A stretch of DNA of 55,029 nt, filler included, from Stramenopiles sp. TOSAG23-2 (GCA_900128395.1; 5 parts of 5 records of this genome joined end to end with filler, not necessarily neighbours in it), one strand, 5' to 3'; positions 21,964-33,803 are shown, numbered from the whole stretch's first letter. Program-made: numbers and translations. The notes: generated by a model from the sequence alone, not told the origin.

Positions 21964-22063
21964 NNNNNNNNNNNNNNNNNNNNNNNNNNNNNNNNNNNNN
22001 NNNNNNNTTAATTAATTAANNNNNNNNNNNNNNNNNNNNNNNNNNNNNNNNNNNNNNNNNNNN
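21964..22063. other. Artificial contig linker
   Basis: N44-TTAATTAATTAA-N44. Confidence 0.99.
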
Positions 22064-22943
22064 TTTGTTTCGAGAGGGTACCAAAATCGTACTTGATAGA
22101 ATATATGATATTTGATAGGTACCAAGTTTACACCGAGTCTTCGCTTGCGCTCAGAATTCCTGATTATGGGCTGTATAGCAGGCGAAGATAAGGGGATCGA
22201 GTATGTACTAAAGACTAAAGTATACCGCCATCAAAATATTCATAAAAAACCATGCTATTCAGTGCTATGTTAACATATTATACTTGATAGATTACAACCT
22301 TATTGTAATTTCCAATTCAAGTATAAATTTTGAATCATTTGATAGGAAAAAATCGAAGAAATGAATATTTTTTTCTAATGTCAAGTACAAATTATTATAG
22401 TCACTTGATAGAAACATGTAGCATGGAATTAGCACCAAAAATCGCAAGAATTTCGTCAAAGCGTCAAAGTAAGACACATAGTATAGAGATATAAAGCATT
22501 CATATATATATATATATTGATGCAATATATATATATATATTTTATAATTCTTTTATATCTAATATATTTGTGTAAACATATACTTTTGTTGTTGTATATA
22601 ATTGTGTATACGATTTTTTTTTAATTTTTTTTTTATAAATACAATAATTGAAAGCATTTTTTACATCATTTTTTATTTGATTTTTCCACTCAAAATTAAA
22701 ATAGATATTTTGGACATTATATATATAGATAGAAGACTAAAGATATTCATAATAAAACAATAATATAAACGATACTAGAAAAAAAGCAAACGATAGATAT
22801 TACGTACATATTTCGAAATTTATTCAGAAATAGATACATACTTTATCATCATATTTGTACACGATATATATATATATATATAAAGTCATCATTTTTTTTA
22901 ATCAAATCATCATCTCAATATAATATAAGAACAAACTAAAACC

Positions 22944-23394
22944 ATGGCATCATTAACAATAAATACAGATGATTTAAATAAAAGTAGTGAAAGTAGTAGT
23001 AATTCACTAGGATATAGCCCAACATTAAGAGAAGCTCGAGGCACTGCAACGTCTGTCGAATCATTTTTTGATGATGAATTAACATCTGGTGAAGATGAAG
23101 ATTCAGAAGACGAATTTGTAGATGCTAGAGCTTTATCAGAAGAAATTAATAAAACATCCCCTAATAGTAATAATAGCATAAAAATGAATAATAATATAAA
23201 AATAAAAAGACCACGTTTATCATCATTCGAAGATGAACCAACATTATACACAAATGGCGAGGACGGAGGAGATGATGATGATGAAGATATTGGTAAACGT
23301 CGTCCAACTACACCAGCAGAATTACTTCAAGCAATATCAGAACTTGATGATGATGAGAATGATGAAGCAGAAGATGAGGAAGATGATAGTGATA

Positions 23395-23425
<31 letters not shown>

Positions 23426-25379
23426 TGATTATGATGGTGAAGAAGATGAAGATACATTAACCGATGATTTACCTGAAGGACATTTTTATTTAACAAAAAT
23501 TGGTGATGATGGTAAAAAATATACAGTTGTTGCACGTTCAAATGCATTTGGTGAAATTATACCAATACATACATCACCACATAGTCCTAAAAATAAAGGT
23601 ACCAGTAAAATTACATCAAATGATATGAAAACAAAAAACGAGAAGAACAATAATAATAATAATAAGACTACGAATAATAATACATCACCACCATCTATTA
23701 CCAATACACCATCACCAAAGAAGAAAACAAAATCATCTAATTTTACTAGAAAACATAATCGTGCATCAACTGCAACAGCAGTATTAGGTGATGTTGATGA
23801 ATTAAGACGAAATTTAAATATTAATAAAGATAATAATGAATCAAATACATCTGATTTGGCAACAGGAAAAAATATTAGAAACAAAGATAAAAATAATAAT
23901 AACAACAATAATACAAATAATGATTCATTAACAGCTGAAAAAACATTATTACATAATGCAACTTCGAGTATGGGTAATTTATGGAGACGATTTAGACGGA
24001 AAAGTGTCTATTCAAACGATATAGATATAGAAGCAGTTCCAGTGAAAACATTTAAAAAGAAATCAAGTCGTTACAATGCATTGCATTTAAGACAAACATT
24101 GAAACACCATACTGGTCGTATATGTGTCATGGCATTTAATAATCCAAGTTCGGGGGAACCATTATTATTAGCTACTGCAGGTGAAGATTCTATAATAAAT
24201 GTATGGGAATTGAATACAAATAGAGAATTACGTTCATTTCAAACCAGTACACCAAGAGATAATAATGGGAAAAAGAAGAAGAACACTAAGAATAATAATA
24301 ATAATAATAATAACAATACCAGCAATAAAGAAGATGAAGACGATTCCAATAAATCTTCTTCTAATGTGAAAAAAAATAGTACATTAAAATTTAATATTGA
24401 ACCACATGAAAAAGAAATACCTGCATTTAATGATAAACCATTACGTCAATTTAAAGGACATAGTAAATACGTCATATCATTGTCATGGAACAAAGGGTTT
24501 TTATTATCTGGTTCATTAGATAAAACAGCACGTTTATGGCATATTAAGAAACAAAAATGTTTAGTCTCATTTAAACATCATGGTGCAGTAACAGCAGTTG
24601 CATATCATCCATTTAATATTGATGTCTTTGTGACTGGTAGTTTTGATAGTAAATTACGTATGTGGAGTATCTCGAAGAAAAAAATCATTTTATTTAAGCA
24701 AACTTTAGGTCCAATATCAGCTGTATCATTTAATCCTAGTGGTAAAATGATAGCAGTTGGTTTATTAGATGGTATTTGTTTGTTTTATCACCATGCAGTG
24801 TCGCATAAAACAAGTAGTTTGCAATATCATACACAAATTGAATGTAGAAATCGACGTGGAAAATTTCGTACGGGTAGAAAAGTCAGTGGGTTTGTATGGA
24901 GAAAAAATGGTGAAGAGTTATTAATATCAACAAATGATAGTCGAATTCGTTTAATACGAATGCGAGATTACAATCCATTTATGAAATTTAAAGGTGCTAT
25001 ATTAACAGAAGCACCTATTACAGCAAGTTTCAATGAAAGTGGTACCTATGTTATATGTGGTAGTGAAGATGGTAGAATTGTCATATGGACCACTGAAATT
25101 GATCAAAGTCAAACCGCTATTTCATTAAAAGCATATAAAAATAAAAATTATAGTTATGAAAGTTTCCAAGGTAGTAATACAGTCACAACATGTGCAATGT
25201 TTGGTCCAAGTCGTATGGCACGTGATGTTGGTTGTGTTGGTTGGGAACGTGAAATGATCAGTACACGTTATGTGAAAGATATTGAAGATGATTGTAGGTT
25301 TATTTTAGTCGGTGATTTAGAAGGACATTTACGTATATTTGAACAACGAACAAAATATAAAATGAAAAAGAAGAGGTAG
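22944..25379 (+). CDS. WDR44: WDR44 (Rab11-binding protein)-like WD40 protein with N-terminal FFAT-like motif
   Basis: LLSGSLDKTARLWH, CLVSFKH..AVTAVAYHP, GSFDSKLRMWSI, CRNRRGK..GRKVSG, LLISTNDSRIRL, KFKG...ITASF....YVICGSEDG. Acidic EDSEDEFVDA is FFAT-like. Confidence 0.8.
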
Positions 25380-25816
25380 AAGAGGGGGGAGAGAGTGGAG
25401 GGGAGAGAAGGCGTGTGTGTTTTGAACGTGTTGAATGATGTTTTTCCTTTACACAATTGTATTATATATGGTTTGTATGTAATTGAATCACGTGTGTTGT
25501 ATTTTAAACGGAGTGGAGGAAAAAAGTGATTATGTCTCATGGTATGATATCATATATATATGTATGTGAGCGCTGAATAAGAGAATTTTTTATTTATGAG
25601 CGCTAAAGTAAATTGTAAAAGAAACCGAGTGAACAAAAAAGTAAAATTTTGTAAATGTGTGTACACATCATGTCCTCTTCTGATCCTCTCTCTTGGCATT
25701 GAATTATTTGTTTTACACTCTCGATCACCCTCTCTCCGATCTTCTCTCTTTGCACTCAAGTCCTTCTGTTGCTTTTTTCAAATTTTCATTTTTTTATAAA
25801 ATGTAAAAATGGTCAA

Positions 25817-26659
25817 TCAATCAAACAGACCACCTCCACCATCACCATCACTATCATCTGCTTCATCAAACAAGGAAGTTGCTTCATTCTTATTTGATTT
25901 GTTCATTCCAGTAGCATTAGTAGATGACCCTTTGCTTTTTGCTTCATTCTTATTTGATTTGTTCGTTCCAGTAGCATTAGTAGATGACCCTTTGTTTTGT
26001 ACAATTTTATCTGCTTTTGCAAACACATCTACATCGTCATCATCATCATCATCATCAAACAATCCACCACCACCACCACCACTACTACTTCTATTCTTAC
26101 TCTTGTTACTACTTGTTCCAAACAATCCACCATCTTCTTCCTCGTCATCTTCATACATTTTGTTTAAGATTTCTTTTCGTTTTTTTGCCATAGCAGCTAA
26201 TTTTGCTAATCGTTGTCGTTCTTTCTCTTCGGCAATACGTTTTAATTCAGCTAATCTTTCTCGTTCTTTTTCTTGTTCAATACGTATGCGTTCTTTTTCT
26301 TTTTCTTGTTCAATACGTATACGTTCTTTTTCTTTTTCTTCTTCTTCCAGACGTTTAATTTCTGCTAATCTTTCTTCCTCTTGAATACGCTTTAATTCAG
26401 CTAATCTTTCTTCTTCTGCACGTTTTCTATTTGCAATGAGTTCGTTATTGTTGTTGTTGTTGGTGTTTGTAGTGTTGTTACGAATAGTAGTATTATCGTT
26501 GCTTCTTCTTCTTCGAGTGTTGTTACTACCATTTTGTTGTTGTCGCATCATTTGTTTTAATTGTTGAATTTGTTTTTCAATTCTTATAAAATGTGAATTT
26601 GTTTGTATTTTTAATTGTTTAACTTCATTTTCCAGTTGATCCAATGCGTTCATCATCAT
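25817..26659 (-). CDS. Coiled-coil protein with an acidic tail carrying Leu-Phe-acidic motifs
   Basis: E/K/R heptad-like repeats (EEERLAELKRI). GGLFDDDDDDDDVDVF and SLFDEADDSDGDGGGGLFD. Internal 60-bp tandem repeat at about 25880-25994. Confidence 0.7.
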   Translation of the reverse strand: MMMNALDQLENEVKQLKIQTNSHFIRIEKQIQQLKQMMRQQQNGSNNTRRRRSNDNTTIRNNTTNTNNNNNNELIANRKRAEEERLAELKRIQEEERLAEIKRLEEEEKEKERIRIEQEKEKERIRIEQEKERERLAELKRIAEEKERQRLAKLAAMAKKRKEILNKMYEDDEEEDGGLFGTSSNKSKNRSSSGGGGGGLFDDDDDDDDVDVFAKADKIVQNKGSSTNATGTNKSNKNEAKSKGSSTNATGMNKSNKNEATSLFDEADDSDGDGGGGLFD

Positions 26660-26981
26660 GTTATGTTTTTTTTTTTTGTCTCTGATGTTTATCTTTGTAT
26701 TGTATCTCTTGTCTGAATGAATTGTATATATGAATAATCAATGTGAAATATCCTCGATGTGCAATATATATGTATATATATTACATTTTTTGATTTTTTT
26801 TTTTCTACTACTACTATATTGACTCTCCTTTCCCTTTTGTTATTGTTTTATAAATGAATTTTTGTCGTCTCACACAGTTTAAAGTGTGTTGTGTGTAAAG
26901 GGTAAAGGCAAAAGGATATAAATATATATATATGATGACGATGTGATTGGAGAAAAAATTAAAAATACAAACAAAATAAAA

Positions 26982-27540
26982 ATGGAATTGACACCAACAT
27001 CGATTGGTATAATATTAGGAATAACATTAACAATCACCACGTCGCAATATTTTTATTTCAAAGATATTGTATTTGATAATAAAGAACATGATGTTTATAT
27101 AAATGATGTAATATATAATGTTTCCAATTATTGGGGGGTAAGTTATAAATTCTGTAATTAAAATTAATAAAAGCTACAAACTATATTAAAACTACAAATC
27201 TAACCATTTATATCTACCCAAACACAGAAACCGACGGCAGAATTTGATTGGTGTGAAAAGAATTATTATCGATCGGTATATATTTCAGAATTTATCAATA
27301 CTATTACTGGATTTTTATATATAGTTGTATCATATCAATCATATCTGTTAATGAGTAAAGAAATTGTGACTATTCATGTGAAATTGAATTTATTATTTAT
27401 AACAATGATTGGTATTGGTACTGTTTTATTTCATTGTACATTACAATATACGCATCAATTGATCGATGAATTGCCAATCTTTTATCTTGCATCCAATGGT
27501 GCATTGGTATTGTTTCATAGGAATACTGTTATTGACAACG

Positions 27541-27573
<33 letters not shown>

Positions 27574-28136
27574 TTCATCAATCTTCAAAATCATTAGCCA
27601 TTTGTCTAATAACAATTCTTTGTAGTTCATTAACATATATATTATTATTTACTACACGTGAATATAATATACATAATATTGCTAGAGGAACGATGTCTAC
27701 GGTCTTTTCCGTTTTATTTTTATATGTTTTTGTAACAATTAGTAAAACATTAAATGAAATTGAACAACAGGAGAAATCATCATCGAAAGAACATGGAATA
27801 AGATTAAATCAACAAATGAAATCATTATTTAAACAAGCATTTCATGAATTTATCTTTGCAATTTTATGTTGGGTATTAGATAATAGTTGTTGTAACTTTT
27901 TACAATCATCAATGTTACCATTTTATCCACAATTACATGCAGTTTGGCATTTATTCACATGTACTGGTTTATATAAATTGATATTAATCTTAGCATATAT
28001 TGAACAACCATTTGGTAAACGTATTAAATATGAATTGAAATATCATTTACATGTCTTGCCAGTGTTGTTGTTGTTGGAAGATGGTGGAGATGGTCAAGGA
28101 CAAGATAAACTACATAATAAAAAGAAGAAGATTTGA
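26982..28136 (+). CDS. Alkaline ceramidase (ACER3/YPC1-like), two exons: 26982-27137 and 27228-28136
   Basis: Splicing out 27138-27227 gives YWG|KPTAEFDWCEKNY..ISEFINTIT. Also IGIGTVLFHCTL, QLIDELP, WVLDN..C and QLHAVWHLFT (CREST-family Zn-binding His residues). Confidence 0.92.
27138..27227 (+). other. 90-nt spliceosomal intron
   Basis: GTAAGT donor, CTAAC branch point at about 27200, CAG acceptor. Phase 0, and removal restores the conserved ceramidase motif. Confidence 0.92.
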
Positions 28137-28486
28137 GACGCGTGAGACGAGAGAAAGAGAGGGCCAGAGGGGGTGTGAGATATGAGAGGCGAGAGGTCTA
28201 GAAAGGTGGAAGGCATAGCAGGACTAGCAACTAGCAAGAGTAGGCAAGAAAATGTTTTACGTAGTAAGCTAATATATTAAACGCCATTTTATTTTTATTA
28301 AAATAGAAAAATATATTTAAAAGTTATTAAGTTAATTTGGCACATTTTGTGTGATAGATATGCTTTAAATTTCTATAAAAATAATGTACTCTCCGGTATT
28401 TCATTATTTTATTACGACGGACACAGATAATTTTTTGATTAATTCAAATTTAATATTGAAATTAAATACGGCGAGCTCCTTATTTT

Positions 28487-29374
28487 TCACACCCCCTTCT
28501 CTGCCTCTCTTTCTGCCTTTCTCTTCTCTAGACGAATTTGTGAGGCACGACGCTGCGAAGATATTTTATTATTCAAAGCATTTTTTGTATGTTGTCCATC
28601 CTCTACTAGTTTTGTTGCCAATGACTTGTTGCGCGTGATCTTTCTTTTTGGATTGGAAAGTGCTTTTAGAGTTTGTTTGTATTCTTTTGAACCCGCTCCA
28701 TGTTTTCGACGAACCTCTTGTAAATCTTCTGGTGTTACCTTGGTCATACTCTTGTAAAACCGTTTTTTACCCTTCGGCGTCGCCAAATACAACGAGCAGG
28801 CACTAGCAATGAAGATGACAGAATTCAACACAATGAGCAGGATGCCAAGATTTTCTTTTTCCGCAGGATCAATACCTTCATTGGTATTGTGTTCCAATAC
28901 TCGCAACATTAACCCAGCCACCAACGTTAAAAATAATTGTATGGATCCAATTAGTTGAACTACATCATCATGAAAGTGTTTATATGGCATCACACGCTCA
29001 ATCAACAAAATGTAGAAAAATTGAACTAACAATGCCACAACAATTTGAAACGATGTGCCAGCAGCTATGGTTATCAAACCACCACATAAAAATACTTTAC
29101 GCAACATCTCGATGATCTCCCAATACCAATATTCTTCTTGATATTGGCTGTATAGAGCACCATACATGATCAATGTCTCTTTGTTTTTGAGTTTTGTTTT
29201 ATTTTTCTTAAGTATGACGTAAATAAAACTCGGGATACCTAAGACATATAGAAATACAAAAACGACAGCGGAGGTCACCAATCTTGCATGGTGGTTTGTA
29301 TGACACTTCATCTCCATACTATTCAAAAAATATTGGATATCACAGCAACGGATGATATAGACATCGTCGCCCAT
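28487..29374 (-). CDS. C-terminal multi-TM (TRP-like) module of a large protist membrane protein, 5'-truncated
   Basis: FLYVLGIP, YGALYSQY....WYWEIIEMLRKVFL, QIVVALLV, MPYK..HDD pattern with about 5 TM helices and a basic tail. The upstream part is missing. Confidence 0.7.
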   Translation of the reverse strand: MGDDVYIIRCCDIQYFLNSMEMKCHTNHHARLVTSAVVFVFLYVLGIPSFIYVILKKNKTKLKNKETLIMYGALYSQYQEEYWYWEIIEMLRKVFLCGGLITIAAGTSFQIVVALLVQFFYILLIERVMPYKHFHDDVVQLIGSIQLFLTLVAGLMLRVLEHNTNEGIDPAEKENLGILLIVLNSVIFIASACSLYLATPKGKKRFYKSMTKVTPEDLQEVRRKHGAGSKEYKQTLKALSNPKRKITRNKSLATKLVEDGQHTKNALNNKISSQRRASQIRLEKRKAEREAEKGV

Positions 29375-29557
29375 ATTTCAATTTGATTTGATAATGTCAC
29401 ATCTAATCCAAGTGCCACATCGACACTCTCTGTATTCGTAATAATTTGTGAAAATATTTCACCCATTGTACTTATTAATATTATTTGATTTTTCTATTTT
29501 TATTATTTTTCAATAATAATAAAAATAATAGCTGTTATATTAATCGCGATATATGGC

Positions 29558-30166
29558 CTTTTATTATTTGTCTTCTTAAAATAATACAAGTACAAAGACG
29601 TAATTGTTTATCTTGACGAAAATATGAAAATGTATACCGAACGAAAATATGAAAATGTATATCGATAAAATAAATTTTATTGTTCTTTAGCTTTTATTAT
29701 TTGTCTTCTTAAATAATACAAGTACAAAGACGTAATTGTTTATCTTGACAAAAATATGAAAATGTATACCGAACGAAAATATGAAAACGTATTATCGATA
29801 AAGTAAATTTCTATTGTTCTTTAGCTTTTATTATTTGTCTTCTTAAAATAATACAAGTACAAAGACGTAATTGTTTATCTTGACGAAAATACAAAAATGT
29901 ATACCGAACGAAAATATGAAAATGTATATCGATAAAATAAATTTTATTGTTCTTTAGCTTTTATTATTTGTCTTCTTAAATAATACAAGTACAAAGACGT
30001 AATTGTTTATCTTGACAAAAATATGAAAATGTATATCGAACGAAAATATGAAAATATATTATCGATAAAGTAAATTTTATTGTTCTTTAGCTTTTATTAA
30101 GACGTAATTGTTTATCTTGACAAAAATATGAAAATGTATTATCGATAAAGTAAATTTTTATTGTTC
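29558..30166. repeat. Tandem repeat, about 133-bp unit, about 4.5 copies
   Basis: Unit CTTTTATTATTTGTCTTCTTAAA...CAAAGACGTAATTGTTTATCTTGAC...ATTGTTCTTTAG recurs at about 29559, 29691, 29825 and 29958, with a deleted copy at about 30091. Confidence 0.95.
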
Positions 30167-30252
30167 TTCTTTACCTTTTTCTTATAATATTTGTCTTCGT
30201 TGCTTGTTTCCATTTTCCCATGGCCGTATCGATTAGGCCAATATATATATAT

Positions 30253-30484
30253 CCCGATGTAATTTTTACTGTGCCGGCCAGTCGTAAATTTTCGGTACAA
30301 ATTTGTTGTTATACTTAAACACTATATTTACCTATCAAACACACAAATTAATCCAAAACTCAACCACTCGAAAACCTGAAAACCGATTAATTTGTGTATT
30401 TGATAGCTAATATAGTGTTTAAGTATAATAAAAAATTTGTACCGAAAAGTTACGACTGGCCGGCACAGTAAAAATTATATCGGG
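30253..30484. mobile_element. Foldback/MITE-like element, about 100-bp imperfect inverted arms
   Basis: Arms 30253-30353 and 30385-30484 (e.g. ACTGTGCCGGCCAGTCGTAA / TTACGACTGGCCGGCACAGT) with about 7 differences and a 31-nt spacer. Confidence 0.6.
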
Positions 30485-31734
30485 TAATTTCTATATATTT
30501 CATGTAAAAATGTGTACCCAAAATGATTTTTTCGTTGGGAGGGGTTCTAAATGTTGACACCTACTCGTTTGTAAAAATCACGTTTTAATACTGTATTTAT
30601 ATGCTAATGTAATATAATCACTACTATCCCACTATATTTTGTCAATATATTATACTTTTTACCAGTATTTGCTAGTATTTTTAAGGACTTTGTATACCAG
30701 AAAAGTCCCGGTTAAAATAATGATTGATTTTCAATAGTGTGCCTTGTTATATTTTATTATATATAGAATATTGTAGTTGGTAGTATATAAATATATAATT
30801 AATAATTACACATTATAGTTGTACTATACTTATTACACTATTACCTGGTAAATCTGGTAAATGCTTGAATTTTTCTTGTCACAAGATGCGTATTTTGTGC
30901 TTTTCGGATAGTATTAGGTAAAATAATTTAATTGTTCAAGTTATTTGTCGTTTTCGTCATTTAAATAATATAATATTGGTGATTTTTCATATAGATAATT
31001 TTCCATTAAAATTTTACTAAAATCAGTGATGTCATTTTTGGAATTTGGATGTCGATATTTTTCAATAAAAATAACATGTACATATCATTATGGTATTTTA
31101 CCTTAATAACGCATCATCAAATTTCCCTTGATTACGCAATAAACGAACGCACGCGAACTACATGGACATAGCAGGGACTATCAACTGAAACCATTTCCGG
31201 ATTCGCGCATCATCGTTACGGTATGCACGGTCATAAATGGTGTTATTTATAAGGGTTCTATGGTGAAATAGAGTCTAGATAACCTAATTTACAACACTAT
31301 TTTGGGAAAACACGTCACGAACCAGAAATTCCTGAGAAAATCTCAACGAAAATCAACAAAAAGACTCTCCATTGGATCGATCATTTACATAAAAAATTTT
31401 AACAACAAAAACAAGATATAAAAGTTATTTTATACGTATATCATCGTTGTCGTTGTTTGCTTGTAATAGTGCATCAAAGAGCTTGTATAATTCTGTATTT
31501 TGTTTTTTTAAATTATTATTTTTATTAAATTAGTCATTGATAAAAAAATAATTAATTTTTAATTTTATACGATTTTTGTTTATATTTGAAGGATTTGCCG
31601 TTATATATATCATATATATCATATCATATCAACAATAATATTATCAATCAATCAAAATCATTTATCATATCGATATATATATATATATATATCATATCAA
31701 TAATAATATATAATCAAGCAATCAAAAATTCATC

Positions 31735-32640
31735 ATGTTTTTATCAGTTATGAATCGTTGTAAAAAAATAATAAATACAAAATCAACATTATTATCACAA
31801 CAAATGATACGCCGTAAAAATAATAATAAGAAAAAATGGTTTTCCTCATCATCTTCAAAGACAGTTGCAGAGGAGCCAGTTAAAAAGAAAGGCTATTGGA
31901 ATTCAGCAGAATTTTGGGGTGGTGCAGGTGCAATCGCTGGTTGGGGTATGACAGGCGCTGCGATATACGATGCGACGAAGTTAGGACCAGAAGTGATTTC
32001 GATGAATATGACATCGGTTATGTTAGTCTATTCTTCATTATTTGCACGTTGGGCATGGGTAGTTCAACCACGTAATATTGCATTAGCAGCATGTCACGTA
32101 TCAAATGTACTTGCACAAACGAATCAAATGCGACGTGCATTGGAACATAAAATAGCAAACGGTTTCGAAGACGAAGTGAAAGCATTTTTAATGAAAGCTG
32201 GTGGGTTTGCAGCTGGTATTGGTGCATTGATTATTGCGGGACCTACATTACAAGCTGGTTTTGTGAGTGCAAATTTAGGACCAATTTCTGCTGCAAGTGC
32301 AGCACCAGCAGGTCCATTTACTGTCCATTTCTGGGCACCAATGTCTAAATGGTTAATAAGCGGTGCATCGTTTTTAGATTTAGATCGTCCAACGGATAAG
32401 GTTAGTCTATCGCAATATACTGCATTGACATTGACAGGTTTTTTCTTTAGTCGATATGCAATGCTTGTTACACCAATTAATTATTTATTATGTAGTGTGA
32501 ATATTGCATTGTTTGGTAGTAGTGCATGGCATTTAGGTAGAAAAATTAAAGCAGATTATATTGATGAGAAACAGAAACCAACAACAGGAACAGGAACAGC
32601 GACAAAGGAAGAGGAGGAGGAGGAGAAGGAAACACATTAA
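31735..32640 (+). CDS. Mitochondrial pyruvate carrier, fused MPC1+MPC2 in one chain
   Basis: First half FWG...GWG..AAIYD..GPEVIS.NMT..YS.LF.RWAW.VQPRN.AL.ACH..N...Q is MPC1-like. Second half PAGPFTVHFWAPMSKW...D..RP..K.S..Q..AL..TG....RY....P.NY.L..VN is MPC2-like. Confidence 0.92.
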   Translation: MFLSVMNRCKKIINTKSTLLSQQMIRRKNNNKKKWFSSSSSKTVAEEPVKKKGYWNSAEFWGGAGAIAGWGMTGAAIYDATKLGPEVISMNMTSVMLVYSSLFARWAWVVQPRNIALAACHVSNVLAQTNQMRRALEHKIANGFEDEVKAFLMKAGGFAAGIGALIIAGPTLQAGFVSANLGPISAASAAPAGPFTVHFWAPMSKWLISGASFLDLDRPTDKVSLSQYTALTLTGFFFSRYAMLVTPINYLLCSVNIALFGSSAWHLGRKIKADYIDEKQKPTTGTGTATKEEEEEEKETH

Positions 32641-32953
32641 ACACACAAATAAAAGAAAGCAGCAGGAAGGAAATGTTTAAACTTATAATTATATATTATA
32701 TACCCCGCGCGTAATTAATACGAAATACACCGGTACCAAACATAATTTTTTTAATTTTACAATCTCCTCTTTATTTTTCCGTATGCCTACTACTCTTTTC
32801 GGCCTTCTTACCACAGACTAATAAAACTATATTAAAACAGAAAATCAATTTAAACAAAACAAGTAAACCAAACATTTGAAATAAAACAAAAGGCTCTTAT
32901 CTATATTTATATAATATAAGATATTAAATAGTAATTTTAAACACCAATATATG

Positions 32954-32989
<36 letters not shown>

Positions 32990-33089
32990 NNNNNNNNNNN
33001 NNNNNNNNNNNNNNNNNNNNNNNNNNNNNNNNNTTAATTAATTAANNNNNNNNNNNNNNNNNNNNNNNNNNNNNNNNNNNNNNNNNNNN
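32990..33089. other. Artificial contig linker
   Basis: N44-TTAATTAATTAA-N44. Confidence 0.99.
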
Positions 33090-33453
33090 CTCTTTTATAT
33101 CTTTCAATTAATAAATAAAGTCTTCTCGCTGGATGTGAAAGTCTCATCTCATTTATACTTCTTCTACCTACATAACCAATACTCAATGCTACATCACGTA
33201 CACGCTCAAAATCATCACATCCAAATGCTTTTCTACATTGTTGTATTAAAGAAGATCGTTTCACATTACATAATGATCTAATATCTAAATTTAGAAGTAT
33301 ATTTGTCATTATCCCGCAGGCAGACTCAAATCCAGCTGGTAAAACTAATATACCAATTTCAATAGGTTCCGCACGTTCTTCCTCTAACGCTTCAATGGTA
33401 GACTTCTTCAGTCTCTTTTTTGGTGGTGGTTGATAAGTAGTTATTGATGCCAT
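33090..33453 (-). CDS. Unknown protein, N-terminal fragment (possible NLS and F-box-like segment)
   Basis: PPPKKRLKK basic motif. LP......IMTNILLNLDIRSLCNV weakly resembles an F-box. Runs off the contig end. Confidence 0.5.
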
Positions 33454-33803
33454 GTTGTATGTTTTTCTTCTTTATCTTCTCTATCTTCTATATCTCTTTA
33501 TATCTATCTATCTCTATCTATATATTTATTTATTTAATTCATTCTTAGTTGTCATGAAATAAATGCAATTGAACGAAATATGATGGAAAAAATTAAAAAA
33601 AAAAACAACAAAATGTTCATATGTGGAGAAATGATTGTGAAAACAAGAAGAAAAAATCGAACAGAGAACGTATAAGCATCGAATGGTAAAATTCTGTTAT
33701 ATATTTTAATGATACGAACACACACACACACACACACGCTGACCATTAAACATTTTGAAACGCCCGGTGGGGAATTTTGCAGGATTCATCACTATGCATA
33801 CCT

